Shown: positions 1-10,237 of the stretch, in pieces
Layout of the letters: the number at the start of each line of letters is the position of its first letter
Position numbering within the stretch: position 1 is the stretch's first letter
NCBI GenBank assembly: GCA_039811685.1
Contig: JBDHZC010000002.1
Span: forward strand, 544,001 to 608,000
Direction: 5' to 3'
DNA length: 64,000 nt
Origin: Armatimonadota bacterium
GTDB taxonomy: Bacteria; Armatimonadota; UBA5829; DSUL01
Notes under the pieces: model-generated
Database searches by the model: none
The model's input: the letters and a program-made list of their open reading frames with translations, nothing else
What the model was told of the DNA's origin: nothing
Translations under genes and position numbers: made by a program

Positions 1-1
1 A

Positions 2-850
2 CTGAGCCTCGCACGCAGTGGCGGGAGCAGACGAAAAACTCATGCGCCGCGCTCCCCAGTAGCGATCCAGAAACTCCCCTTCAAAGAGCTTCGAGATGAT
101 AACGCCCCAGCTTCCGCCGTTGGAGTGAATGAACTCACCATTTCCGATGTACATCCCGACATGCGTTATGCGCTCTTTCACCGTGTCACCCAATCGCGCG
201 AAGAAGACCAGATCTCCCTCGCGAAGCTGCTCCGGCTCTAGGGGTTGGGCTCGTTCGTCCTGCGCCTGAATCCCCGCGTCCCGCAGAAGCTGGCAGCCGC
301 ACATCCGGTGGCACATCTGCACAAAGCCGCTGCAGTCTATGCCAAACGGTGTCGTGCCGCCCCATAGATATGGCGTGCCAATGAACTTTTTCGCATGGTT
401 TACGAGCACATCTCCTCGCGGTTTGCACGGCAGCGGCGTAGAGTCCTGCCGCAGATCTACATCTTTTGCGCGTACCCATCCACTTTGTCCGTCAGGGAGC
501 TTCAGCTCCACCAGATCGGAAGTGACCTCGCCCGTCTCCACCTCTGTTGTCACCACCAGCTTGGTAAGAATAGGGGCAAAAGCTTTCGGCTCGGCGCGAA
601 CGTCCACAATCAACGGCTTCACACGCGCGTAGGCTGAGCGGGGATAGCCCTCGCGCTCCAGAGGACGGACAAAGTGGCTGCGCAGCCAGCCTGTATAGCT
701 GTCCCAGAGGCGCACATGCGACCACTCACCCTGTTCTTCGAGCAGCCAGGCCGGCTGACCCATGATCGCCTGCGTAACAAGCTCCGTTTCTCCAGAGGGT
801 TCAAGGTGAACGTTGACGACGTTCTTGGCGATAACCAGCGGCTGATTCAT
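2..850 (-). CDS. SH3 + NlpC/P60 (C40) peptidase, YkfC-like; 3' end runs off the window
   Basis: Manual translation from ATG at 850: MNQPLVIAKNVVNVHLEPSGETELVTQAIMG...FIGTPYLWGGTTPFGIDCSGFVQ...GDLVFF...ITHVGMYIGNGEFIHS. Catalytic Cys/His motifs are intact. Absent from the ORF track because no stop lies inside the window. Confidence 0.9.
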   Translation of the reverse strand, partial: MNQPLVIAKNVVNVHLEPSGETELVTQAIMGQPAWLLEEQGEWSHVRLWDSYTGWLRSHFVRPLEREGYPRSAYARVKPLIVDVRAEPKAFAPILTKLVVTTEVETGEVTSDLVELKLPDGQSGWVRAKDVDLRQDSTPLPCKPRGDVLVNHAKKFIGTPYLWGGTTPFGIDCSGFVQMCHRMCGCQLLRDAGIQAQDERAQPLEPEQLREGDLVFFARLGDTVKERITHVGMYIGNGEFIHSNGGSWGVIISKLFEGEFLDRYWGARRMSFSSAPATACEAQ

Positions 851-865
851 AGGCGCAGTCAGACC

Positions 866-1711
866 TCAGTATCCTGGCGGGGCGTCTGGCCGGCACCAGT
901 AAGCGCTGAACAGCCAGGTCTCGGTGGTGGGAGCGTCTTTGGGATAGCGTATCTCCTGAAAAGTGAGGTTGCGAGCGTGCCCGTCGAAGAAACCGATATT
1001 CCACGATGCGTCCGGGAAGCGCCGCGTGTGCCACTGAGAGTTCCATGCCTTCTCACTGTCCGGGCCGTTACTGGACGTCTGCCACACATCAAACACCACC
1101 ATCGCCTTGGTGAGATCGCGCGCCTGATCCATCTTGCACGGCTTGAGAACGCCACGGGGATAATACGTGTTGCTGTAGTTGGTCACATAGCTGGAGCCGT
1201 ACGCCTTGTAGCAGTTCTTGACTTTGCTGCCTGCGGCGCCGTTCGGGCCACCTGTGCGCCAGGTCATCCCCTTGTCAGACGGACAGCGCCACAATTCAGC
1301 GCTCTTGGTGTAGTCCTTCAACAGCACCCAGATGTAGCGGCCCGGATTGATGCCAGGCTCCCCCTGGTGTCCGTTGACATCTTCGAAATCACAGCACGAT
1401 GGCCAGAACCCGTTGTAGTCGTTGGCGTACTGCATGACTGCCCGCGTAATCTGACCCACGTTACTCAGGCAGGCGACTGTGCGGCTTCGCTCCCGGGCCT
1501 GCGCAAAAACGGGAAAGAGGATAGCCGCCAGAATAGCGATGATGGCAATCACGACCAGAAGCTCAATGAGCGTAAAGCCGCGCAGGCCAGAGCGCCTTTT
1601 CACGACGGACTTTTCAGTGTTGATTTTGGATTCACGGAGCGACATGTCAGTAGAAGCCTCCCAGTTGGACTCCGGCGTCTGAGGCACGGTGAGGCGAACG
1701 GCGTGATTCAT
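866..1711 (-). CDS. Prepilin-type N-terminal cleavage/methylation domain protein (DUF1559-like)
   Basis: [42 protein letters not shown]-terminal N-x-x-F-F-DGH. Start uncertain (1711 with GGAGG SD, or 1645, or 1807). Confidence 0.9.
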   Translation of the reverse strand: MNHAVRLTVPQTPESNWEASTDMSLRESKINTEKSVVKRRSGLRGFTLIELLVVIAIIAILAAILFPVFAQARERSRTVACLSNVGQITRAVMQYANDYNGFWPSCCDFEDVNGHQGEPGINPGRYIWVLLKDYTKSAELWRCPSDKGMTWRTGGPNGAAGSKVKNCYKAYGSSYVTNYSNTYYPRGVLKPCKMDQARDLTKAMVVFDVWQTSSNGPDSEKAWNSQWHTRRFPDASWNIGFFDGHARNLTFQEIRYPKDAPTTETWLFSAYWCRPDAPPGY

Positions 1712-1713
1712 TC

Positions 1714-1799
1714 TGCCTCCGGCAGTTTGCCTCCGGCAGTTTGCCTCCGGCAGTTTGCCTGAGGCAGTTTGCCTAGGCAGAATGCCTAAGCAGTTGCCT
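1714..1799. repeat. Degenerating 14-bp tandem repeat GGCAGTTTGCCTCC (~6 units)
   Basis: Units at 1721, 1735, 1749, 1763, 1776 and 1789, decaying rightwards; built from alternating GGCA/TGCC half-sites. Confidence 0.9.
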
Positions 1800-1819
1800 G
1801 CAGCCATTGGCCTACCGCA

Positions 1820-1849
1820 ATAATATCATCCACAACACAACCTGAGCAA
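1820..1849 (-). promoter_or_regulatory. Putative sigma70 promoter for the prepilin-like gene
   Basis: Minus strand TTGCTC-N18-TATTAT with a TGn extension. Confidence 0.45.
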
Positions 1850-2162
1850 GCATTTTGCGGAAACGATTACATCTACCTGCTGGATAAGGTATTTTACTCG
1901 AACCGGAGCAGGCCTGGCTGCCGCCTGTAGCCTCCAGCGCTGTTCATGGCGTCAAGACTACAAAAGCACGACGTATAGAGTGACAAAACAGGGCGCGGCG
2001 CTGGCGTCCGGAGGCAAGAGGTGACCGCAGACCCAAACGGGAGATTGCAGAGCTGAGAAGTGGCGGATGGGCTTCCGCGTCATCTCTGTCCCAACCTTTT
2101 CGACCGCGATAGTCCACTTTTGGCATCAGTTCGCGGCCTTTGGCTATACTTTCTGATAGAAG

Positions 2163-2966
2163 ATGGAGAAACAGCGCTCATACGAGAAGCTCATTGAACG
2201 CTACGCAGAAACCGCGAGAACTGCTGGCGCACAGATAACAGATATCGGAAAAATCCAGTCGGATATCGGTGAGTACACCCTCTACAGAATGCATCTGCGC
2301 TGCGGGGAGGGCAAGCAGCGGCTGTGTATATCCACAGGAATGCATGGAGATGAACCGGCCGGGCCGGAAAGCCTGCTGAAGATCATCGCCAGGCTGGGTG
2401 AGCTGCGGGATAGCCTCAACGCCGACTTTCTATTCTTTCCCTGCGACAACCCCAGTGGGTACGAGCTCAACACCCGGGAGAACTGGCAGGGGCTGGACCT
2501 CAACCGCGAATTCGTCCAGGAGAAGCAGGCTGCGGAGATAGCTATCGTCGAAAACGATCTGCGCGGGCGGGCGTTCGACTTCACGCTGGACCTGCACGAG
2601 GACGTGGACACGTACGGGATGTATCTCTACGAACGGGCGCGCAAAGGGTACAGATCTGTCGCTGATTCGATGATCGCCGAGTTACGCGCCAGAGACTATC
2701 CCATTCACGAGGCGGACTGGATTGAGGGATTGCCAGCTTCAGGGGGCATCATCTGGCCAAGCGGCCGCCTGCGCAAGTGCGCGCTGCCAAAAGCCGTGTT
2801 TCTCTGGCAGAACGGAAGCCCTCACCTCGTCACCACGGAAAGCCCGGGCAAGCTGGAGCTGTCCACGCGCGTCGAAATGCAGATGATCTGCTTTGACGTG
2901 GTGTTGAAGCGTCTGCTGGCGGAGGAGTTCGCGGCCGCTCCGGTTCCCAGCGCAGCAGATCGCTGA
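2163..2966 (+). CDS. M14 family zinc carboxypeptidase / succinylglutamate desuccinylase-like
   Basis: GMHGDEPAG zinc motif, NPSG..TREN..DLNR, DLHED, terminal TTES. Confidence 0.85.
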   Translation: MEKQRSYEKLIERYAETARTAGAQITDIGKIQSDIGEYTLYRMHLRCGEGKQRLCISTGMHGDEPAGPESLLKIIARLGELRDSLNADFLFFPCDNPSGYELNTRENWQGLDLNREFVQEKQAAEIAIVENDLRGRAFDFTLDLHEDVDTYGMYLYERARKGYRSVADSMIAELRARDYPIHEADWIEGLPASGGIIWPSGRLRKCALPKAVFLWQNGSPHLVTTESPGKLELSTRVEMQMICFDVVLKRLLAEEFAAAPVPSAADR

Positions 2967-3061
2967 TTCTCACCTGTCCTCCGCGCCTGCGCTCTTTTCC
3001 AGCTATACTCCCTCGTGGCCCGGGCGCTCCCTTTACCAGCGCCTTCTGAAAGGATACAGCC

Positions 3062-4219
3062 TTGAGTTCCATCCCACATGGCGGACAGCTTGTCAACCTG
3101 CTTGCCTCTTCCGAGGAAGCCCGCGAACTGACGCGAGAAGCTGAGACTCTCAAGAAGCTCACTCTTGGTCTGCGCGATTATTCTGACGTCGAAATGCTCG
3201 GCATCGGTGCGTTCAGCCCGTTGACCGGTTTCATGAAGCGCGACGACTACGAGAGCTCCCGCAGCCACATGCGCCTGATGAACGGGCTGCCCTGGGGGAT
3301 TCCGATTACGCTTTCGGTGGACAAAGGCGAGGTCAGCGAAGGCGAGCGCGTCGCCCTCCACGCTCCAGACGGCTCCCTGGCGGCGGTCTTTGACGCTGAG
3401 GAAATCTTTGCGTACGACAAGAAGCAGGAAGCCCGCGAAGTGTTCAAGACAGAAGAAGAGGCGCATCCCGGCGTAGCAGCGCTCTACGCGCAGAAAGAGT
3501 TGCTGGCCGGCGGCTCCCTTAAGCTGGTGACCCCACCTCGCCACGGCAGCTTTCCCGGTTATCGCCTCACCCCAACCCAGACCCGCGCCGCCTTTGACGA
3601 GCGCGGCTGGAAGACAATCGTCGGTTTTCAGACGCGCAACCCGGTACACCGGGCGCATGAATATCTGCTGAAATGCGCGCTTGAGATCGTGGACGGACTG
3701 CTGCTGCACCCGCTGGTTGGCGAGACCAAGTCCGACGACATTCCCGCCGACACTCGAATGAAATGTTACGAAGTTCTACTGGCGGACTATTTCCCTTCCG
3801 AGCGCGTTCTGCTGTCCGTAATGCCGGCGGCTATGCGCTACGGTGGTCCGCGTGAAGCTATCCTCCACTGTATCATCCGCAAGAACTACGGCTGCACCCA
3901 CTTTATCGTCGGACGGGATCACGCTGGCGTGGGCAACTACTACGGTACGTACGAAGCGCAGGAGATATTCAACAACTTCAGCGCAGAGGACATCGGCATT
4001 ACGCTGCTGAAGTTCGAACACTCCTTCTGGTGCAATCGTTGCGAGGGTATGGCTTCAACGAAGTCCTGCCCGCACGGCCCGGAGGACCGGGTCAGCCTTT
4101 CTGGAACGAAAGTGCGGGAAATGCTCGCTAATGGACAGCGTCCGCCCAGGGAGTTTTCCAGGCCGGAAGTCGCTGACGTGCTGATTGAGGCGACCCGGCG
4201 AGTCGTATCCGATCAGTGA
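3062..4219 (+). CDS. sat: Sulfate adenylyltransferase
   Basis: [47 protein letters not shown]. Confidence 0.97.
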   Translation: MSSIPHGGQLVNLLASSEEARELTREAETLKKLTLGLRDYSDVEMLGIGAFSPLTGFMKRDDYESSRSHMRLMNGLPWGIPITLSVDKGEVSEGERVALHAPDGSLAAVFDAEEIFAYDKKQEAREVFKTEEEAHPGVAALYAQKELLAGGSLKLVTPPRHGSFPGYRLTPTQTRAAFDERGWKTIVGFQTRNPVHRAHEYLLKCALEIVDGLLLHPLVGETKSDDIPADTRMKCYEVLLADYFPSERVLLSVMPAAMRYGGPREAILHCIIRKNYGCTHFIVGRDHAGVGNYYGTYEAQEIFNNFSAEDIGITLLKFEHSFWCNRCEGMASTKSCPHGPEDRVSLSGTKVREMLANGQRPPREFSRPEVADVLIEATRRVVSDQ

Positions 4220-4339
4220 GTTCGTAGTCTGCGCTTTCTGGGCAGGCTGTCGCGGCAGTTGGGAGATAGTGGGGGCGCAACAGGAGGGACTTTCTTTACG
4301 TCAAACTTTCGCATATAATCCGTCGCGATAAGATTACAA

Positions 4340-7300
4340 TTGCGTGCCCACCGGTGCGTCGAAAGTTGGACCCGAACCTTGATTAGAAGAGTCGCCGCCT
4401 GCCTTTTGCTCTGCCTGGGAACCGCCCTTGCGCGCGCCCATGCCGACTACGAAAAAGCTGTCTATCCTCAGACCGCTCCAGTGGTCTCCTCCATCACAGT
4501 CCAGGCACCCGGATCGGCGAAGCTGGGAGAGACCGTCAAAGCGCAGATCAGTGTCTCGACCGCCTCTGCCTTTTCGGACGACCGGGATCTGTACATTTAT
4601 CTGGTGCACGCTGGCGCGGTCCGCGCTGCGCAGGTCCTCAATCCAGCACCAGCGACAAAGTCGTGGAAGGCGTCTGGCGCGAAGCTCAAAGATGTCCTGA
4701 TCCGTATTCCCAAAAACATACCAACCGGTGATTACTCCCTGGTTGTGGGCGTGTACAGAGAGAAACAGGAAGGGCGCGCCCCCATCACCGTCACCGGCAC
4801 ACAGGCTACCAGACTGGCGAAGATTATCACCCGCGGCAGAATGGTGGACAAGTACGGCGTCGGACACGAGTGGTTTCTAAATGACGCTCACGCCTTGATC
4901 TGGGACGGCAAGCCCTGGATGCCTGCCGGCGGGATGTTCGTCTACGACCGGGACTGGAACGTCGTCAAAGCGCAGATTGACCTGCTCCACAAGTACGGCG
5001 TGCGCAGCATCTACCTGCACCTGGGCGTCAACCAGCCCTACCCCTGGAAGACCTACTCCGATGACGACTACCGCTTCTTCCAGCAGACCATCGACTATCT
5101 CGATGACCTGGGTTTCACGTACGGTGTTGAATTTCAGGCGCTGGAAGCGAAAGGCCCGGGCTTCTACTACCCCGCGCCCGGGCCACGCAAAGATATCACC
5201 TCCAGCGGCAGAGTTGAAGTGCAGCAGGACAAAACTCTGAGCGGGTACTTTGCCGTGTTCGACAGACATACGCAGCAGATTGTCCAGACGGGCGAAGTGA
5301 GTGTTACGGACGGCAAGAGCATATCGGCGGATGTGAAAGTGCCCAAACCCGGCGACTACACCGTCACTTTCGGTCTGAAGCGCCAGGCGCCGGATATGTT
5401 CAGCATGTACTACTGGGATCAGCAATATCCCAACTACGTCGAAGTCGTTCGCAAACACTACAGCAAAGTCGCGCTGGGGCCGGGTTTCCGATTCCTGGTT
5501 GATCCGCTCTGGAACGAGATGAATGTCAACCGGGACTTCTACCCAGCCTCCGATGTGTACTACCAGCAGTTCGCGGACTGGCTGCTGAAGCGCTACGGAA
5601 CAGTGGACAAGCTGAACGAAGCGTGGCACGCGGTGACAGCGTACGCAGGTGAGCAGAATGCGTCGATAGCCGGCGTGGACAGCTTTGACACAGCCTCACG
5701 CCTGATTCCCATTGACCGCAAGGACGCTCCCGGCAACAAAATCCTGCAGTACATGATGGACCCGCAGACCGGCCGGGTGTTTGCGATGGATCTGCGCAAG
5801 GGACAGTTCAACTACGACACGCAGGAGTTTCTGGGACGCTCGCTCCTTTACTACACCTGCGACATCGCAGATCAGTTCAAGAAACTCTACGACGTGCCAG
5901 TCATCTACAAGGGCTTCTCGGACATGGATTTCTGGCATATCAACGACCTTGGCACACCCGGTGGGCACGACGGGTTGGGAATGGAGTCCTACGGCAACGG
6001 CGAGCCGATGATGCTGTTTATGGCGGCGCATCTGTACGGTGAACTGGAGCAGGCGACCAAGACGACGTGGCTGGTGGTGACGGAGACGGGTCAGGGCGCT
6101 CATCAGGACAACAGCCCTTCACGCAACAAGCCGCCCGGCTATACCAGCCGCCTGGACCATATGTACGCCAACTACAACGCGATGCTCTCAGGCGGGGCGA
6201 AGGGAATCTTCCAGTACAACATGGTTCCTGGCAGAGGCTCCAACGATCCATGGACCGATGCGCTGATTTCTGACCCGCGACAACTTGAGTGGCTGGCAAC
6301 CTACGACAGGATTCTGGCCAATGCGCCCGCTCTGGCTGAGTACAAACCGCCGATGTACTTCCGCTATCCAGGACTGTTCAATCCGAACTCCATGAACCTG
6401 CGCAGTGAGCCAGCGGATGACTATGCCAACATGGGCGGCTGGTGGTGGCGGGAGCCCGTGGAGCGCGCGGCTAACGATATCTGGATCGTCCCCTCCTTTT
6501 CACTGCGTCCCGAGGCGCCAATGCTGATCGTGAATCTGGAGGACTCACCGGCCACCGAGCGCTTCCGCGACGAAGTGTCCAACGCCATAAAGGAAAACCT
6601 GCGCCTCACCGTTATCGGATTCCGGCGCAACCCGGGAGCGGCGCCGGAGCTTGACAAGTACTACGAAGACGCCTGGTCAACAGACACAGACGGGCGCAAA
6701 TTCCAGCCACTGCGCCCCACAGCCACCAGCCGCGTGATTGGACGCAATGAAGCCGGACAGGTGTGGAATCTGATGGATGGCAACCTCCAGATAATCTCCA
6801 AAGAAGTCTTTGCCGAGCACGGCTATCGGCCGGAGTTTCTGGAGACAGGCGGCGAGCGCGGCGTGGAGCCGTACTACGGAGTCTTCAGGGATCTGCTCGG
6901 GGTACGGCTGCTGAATGTGGGAGAAGGGCTTTATGGACTGACCTACAGCGACGGCGGTACGCCGGTCACGGTTCTCGGGCTGACCAACGACGCGAGAGAG
7001 TCCCGCACCCTCAGCTTTCTGGCGAAGCCGGGCAGCGTTGAAGCGCAGTTTCCGTCCGGAGAAAAGACCGGCGTCGAGCGCAACGGATCGTTCAGTGTCA
7101 AGCTCGACCTTGTGGGCAGAAAGCTCATAAAAGTGGATGAGTGGCCGCTTCGAGATCAGAATCGCTGGGTGCAAAGCGGCGTTATTGTGGACTCTACCAA
7201 CGCTCACGACTCCGTTGTTCTGAGAGGCTTACCCGAAAAGGACAGCGTTCCCGCCGAAGCCGCGCGCTCTGCTATTCTGGAGGCGGCGAGGACAACTCCA

Positions 7301-8527
7301 GCCGCTGGCGACGCACAGAAGCGCGCGCTGCAACGGACTATTGAGCGCAGCCAGTCGGAACTGCAAAAGGGCAATTCAGCGGGCGCGATGGACCTGCTGG
7401 CACAGGGTGTGGAGAGCGTGTCGGCCCAGAGCGTACCCTACATCTGGCAGGAGGCGGAGGATCGCCAGGACTCCAACTTCAACTACAGCCGTCTCGGGGC
7501 GATTCCCACGCTGAGCGGCGCGGCCTTTCTGGGGCTTGAGACAGCCGTGAAGCCACCCAGCGACACCGGGTGGTATGCGACGTACCGGATTGATGTGCCG
7601 AAAGAGGGCGACTATCAGCTCTGGGTACGTGAGAACTACCTGGGTTATTCCTCACCCTGCTATTGGCGCATTGGGCCGCCGAAGGGCGCGGGGGGCGAGT
7701 GGCAGCGTGTCACACAGCAACTGATTGCTAAGGATGCGGAAGTGGTGGCGCTCTACAACGCTGTTGAGGACACCCGCCAGGTCTTTGCGTGGTATCACTA
7801 CGGACAGGCTCATCTCACGAAGGGCCGGCACGACATCACCTTCAAGGTGACTGAGCCACGCGGCAAAGGGCTGGCTGTGACGATGTCCGATGACCGCCAG
7901 TACGCCAAACTCATGGACTGCCTTGTGCTTGTGCAGGGCGATTTCCAGCCCAACGGCAAAGACAGACCGCGACTCGTTCTGCCAAACGCCGCGCCTCCGC
8001 GACAGAACATGATCCCCAATGCCAGCTTTGAGTTCCGCCCGGATCAGGCGCAGAAGATTCCCACCGGTTGGACGCGCTCCGAGGACAGTGACGATCTAGT
8101 CTGGCAGGACGCGGGTTGGGGGACTTACAACGTCATGCCTGGCGTGGCGATGGACCTGGGACAGCGCTTCGCCTACATCGGCCAGCGCAACCTGACAATC
8201 AAGCCGGGCAAAGCCGAGCGTTTCTGGCAGACCACACTGCCCGCGGCGCTTCCGGGCCAGAAAGCTCACGCCTCTGTGTACGTCCGGTCTGTCGGAGCAC
8301 AGGCCGCGCCATCTCTGAGAGTGCTGTTCCTGGATGCCGCCGGTAAGGAGGTTGGCCGAAAGATTCAGGCCGGCCCGAGCGGCGATTTCGACTGGCGCGA
8401 GCTGACCGTAACGGCCACTGCTCCCGAGCAGACCAGACAGATAAGACTGGAGCTCGTGTCGCCTTCCGGCTCAAGCGGCGTAGTCTTCTTTGACGACGTC
8501 GCGCTCTGGCAGCTACAGGGAGAGTAG
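4340..8527 (+). CDS. Large secreted multi-domain putative glycoside hydrolase (clan GH-A-like TIM barrel plus CBM-like domains)
   Basis: Signal peptide; WNE acid/base-like and VVTETG nucleophile-like motifs; GH42-like FADWLLKRYGTVDKLNEAW; C-terminal NMIPNASFE..PTGW...FFDDVAL CBM4/9-like domain. Confidence 0.65.
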   Translation: MRAHRCVESWTRTLIRRVAACLLLCLGTALARAHADYEKAVYPQTAPVVSSITVQAPGSAKLGETVKAQISVSTASAFSDDRDLYIYLVHAGAVRAAQVLNPAPATKSWKASGAKLKDVLIRIPKNIPTGDYSLVVGVYREKQEGRAPITVTGTQATRLAKIITRGRMVDKYGVGHEWFLNDAHALIWDGKPWMPAGGMFVYDRDWNVVKAQIDLLHKYGVRSIYLHLGVNQPYPWKTYSDDDYRFFQQTIDYLDDLGFTYGVEFQALEAKGPGFYYPAPGPRKDITSSGRVEVQQDKTLSGYFAVFDRHTQQIVQTGEVSVTDGKSISADVKVPKPGDYTVTFGLKRQAPDMFSMYYWDQQYPNYVEVVRKHYSKVALGPGFRFLVDPLWNEMNVNRDFYPASDVYYQQFADWLLKRYGTVDKLNEAWHAVTAYAGEQNASIAGVDSFDTASRLIPIDRKDAPGNKILQYMMDPQTGRVFAMDLRKGQFNYDTQEFLGRSLLYYTCDIADQFKKLYDVPVIYKGFSDMDFWHINDLGTPGGHDGLGMESYGNGEPMMLFMAAHLYGELEQATKTTWLVVTETGQGAHQDNSPSRNKPPGYTSRLDHMYANYNAMLSGGAKGIFQYNMVPGRGSNDPWTDALISDPRQLEWLATYDRILANAPALAEYKPPMYFRYPGLFNPNSMNLRSEPADDYANMGGWWWREPVERAANDIWIVPSFSLRPEAPMLIVNLEDSPATERFRDEVSNAIKENLRLTVIGFRRNPGAAPELDKYYEDAWSTDTDGRKFQPLRPTATSRVIGRNEAGQVWNLMDGNLQIISKEVFAEHGYRPEFLETGGERGVEPYYGVFRDLLGVRLLNVGEGLYGLTYSDGGTPVTVLGLTNDARESRTLSFLAKPGSVEAQFPSGEKTGVERNGSFSVKLDLVGRKLIKVDEWPLRDQNRWVQSGVIVDSTNAHDSVVLRGLPEKDSVPAEAARSAILEAARTTPAAGDAQKRALQRTIERSQSELQKGNSAGAMDLLAQGVESVSAQSVPYIWQEAEDRQDSNFNYSRLGAIPTLSGAAFLGLETAVKPPSDTGWYATYRIDVPKEGDYQLWVRENYLGYSSPCYWRIGPPKGAGGEWQRVTQQLIAKDAEVVALYNAVEDTRQVFAWYHYGQAHLTKGRHDITFKVTEPRGKGLAVTMSDDRQYAKLMDCLVLVQGDFQPNGKDRPRLVLPNAAPPRQNMIPNASFEFRPDQAQKIPTGWTRSEDSDDLVWQDAGWGTYNVMPGVAMDLGQRFAYIGQRNLTIKPGKAERFWQTTLPAALPGQKAHASVYVRSVGAQAAPSLRVLFLDAAGKEVGRKIQAGPSGDFDWRELTVTATAPEQTRQIRLELVSPSGSSGVVFFDDVALWQLQGE

Positions 8528-8561
8528 CACAGCCAGCGCACCCAGCCCTTTAGCGCTTGTT

Positions 8562-10103
8562 TCAGTACTTGTAGTCCAGAATCTGCGCATCAAGTTGACC
8601 GATGACTTTGCCCATCCGGAACATATCCGTTGCATCGCCTTCGGTCAGCTTGATGTGGCTGGCATCCACGCGATCCGTGGGCAGGGTGCTGTCAAACGCA
8701 AGCCACGTGTTACCAGTCCACACCTCATCCCAGGAATGATAGTAGAAGCGGCCGCGGCTGAGGATGAGGCCGTTGACAATGCGCGTGGGAATGCCCGCCG
8801 CCCGCGCCAGCGCTGCGAACAGGATGGCGTAGTCCCGGCACACTCCGGCACGGTTTTTCAGGACGTCTGTCGCCGGGCGCAGGATTCCCATGTTCGCCTG
8901 CGGTGTCATCTCTTCGTAAATCCACCGCCGTATCCGGCACGCTGCATCGTAGATGTTCCTGCGCTCCCCGGCAATCCGCCTGGACTGGCTCTTTATGGCG
9001 TCTGAGTCCGCCTCAACATAGGGCTCCGAGGACAGATACTTCTGGAAACGACCTGTGGCCGGGACTGGCAGAGTTCCGGATTGCGCCTCTGAGTAGTCCT
9101 CAGCCGTAATGAAGTATGTCACTGTCAGCGTGTCGTCACTCTTGATCTTTTCCACGCGCTGTCGAGAATCGCTGATGACGAAGCTGCGCTGTGGAACCCC
9201 TGAGAGCGTTACGCGCAGCTCTCTGAATGCTCCGGAGGCCAGGTGTCTCCCCGCAGACACGCTGGTGGCAACAGCCAGGTCTTTGGGCGGTGTATAGCCA
9301 CTGGACACGCTCGATGTAGCCTCCTGCTGAGTTTCGCGGCGCATCTCTATGCCCATCGGGGCGTCAATTCTGATAACCTCCGCACCATCAAGCGTCTGAT
9401 ATGTTGTCAGATCTGCCATTGCAGACTTTGTCACAACAACGGCCGCATCAACCTCTTTGCCATCCAGCGTCATCTTCTGGATACGCTCAACTCTGATATT
9501 CATTTTGTCGATGGAGAGCGTCAGAGGATTGAAGGAATACTGTGTGAAAGAGGCTCCCGGTTTCACGGTCTCGCCTTCGACAGGGTTGTAGGCGTCGCCG
9601 ACCAGCTTGACGCCGGGAGGAATGGGGATGGACTTTTTCGTTTCGCCAGTTCCTGTGACCATCCGCGCCTCAACAACGTCATCTTCAAAGCGGGCGAAAA
9701 CTTCCGTCGTCTTGCCGCCGGAGGACATTCTGAACTCTTCGTACAGCGGCCGAGAAGAAGACAGCGCAGTATAGACAGTAGTGCGGATGTTCTGAATCAT
9801 CTTCGCACCCATCATCACCGACTCTGTGTGCACGGTGCTGTCACTCTTGAGCGCGGGCGCGCCTTCAAACCCGGCTTTCTCCGTGCGCAGCACGGTGTAC
9901 CCGAGTTTGGTTTCACCCAGATACATACCAAACCACATCTCCCGCGGCAGCTCAGCAGGCCGGGCCGAAACCGAGACAGCCCCTGAGAAGAGCAGGACAG
10001 AAAGCGCGAGGACAAAGCGGCGAAAGCGGATGGACAAAGCCAGTGACCTCCTGAGAGAAGCATAGCCGCAGGTGTACCAGGAAAGAAATAGCGGCGCGGA
10101 CAT
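8562..10103 (-). CDS. Secreted transglutaminase-like domain protein
   Basis: GVCRDYA (Cys), YHSWDEVW (His), FDST (Asp) triad; N-terminal signal/TM segment. Confidence 0.88.
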   Translation of the reverse strand: MSAPLFLSWYTCGYASLRRSLALSIRFRRFVLALSVLLFSGAVSVSARPAELPREMWFGMYLGETKLGYTVLRTEKAGFEGAPALKSDSTVHTESVMMGAKMIQNIRTTVYTALSSSRPLYEEFRMSSGGKTTEVFARFEDDVVEARMVTGTGETKKSIPIPPGVKLVGDAYNPVEGETVKPGASFTQYSFNPLTLSIDKMNIRVERIQKMTLDGKEVDAAVVVTKSAMADLTTYQTLDGAEVIRIDAPMGIEMRRETQQEATSSVSSGYTPPKDLAVATSVSAGRHLASGAFRELRVTLSGVPQRSFVISDSRQRVEKIKSDDTLTVTYFITAEDYSEAQSGTLPVPATGRFQKYLSSEPYVEADSDAIKSQSRRIAGERRNIYDAACRIRRWIYEEMTPQANMGILRPATDVLKNRAGVCRDYAILFAALARAAGIPTRIVNGLILSRGRFYYHSWDEVWTGNTWLAFDSTLPTDRVDASHIKLTEGDATDMFRMGKVIGQLDAQILDYKY

Positions 10104-10237
10104 CTCCGGCAGGCGAACGCGGTCTGTTGAAATACTGCGTGCGCCGGCAATCTGACGTTATTATCGGATGGAGGGTGCGCCGGCACAGAGCCATTTGCCA
10201 GGGCCCGCGCGAAAAATCAGACTGTCAGGGTCACGCC

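Noticed and set aside
674..1762. 362-aa plus-strand ORF and other long antisense ORFs (12317-13576, 23779-24750, 49162-50148, 60482-61390)
   Set aside because: Shadow ORFs opposite well-supported genes in GC-rich DNA, with no recognisable motifs.
1714..1799. CRISPR array or REP element
   Set aside because: Units are 11-14 bp and abut without unique spacers, and there are no cas genes. The same applies to 39512-39575.
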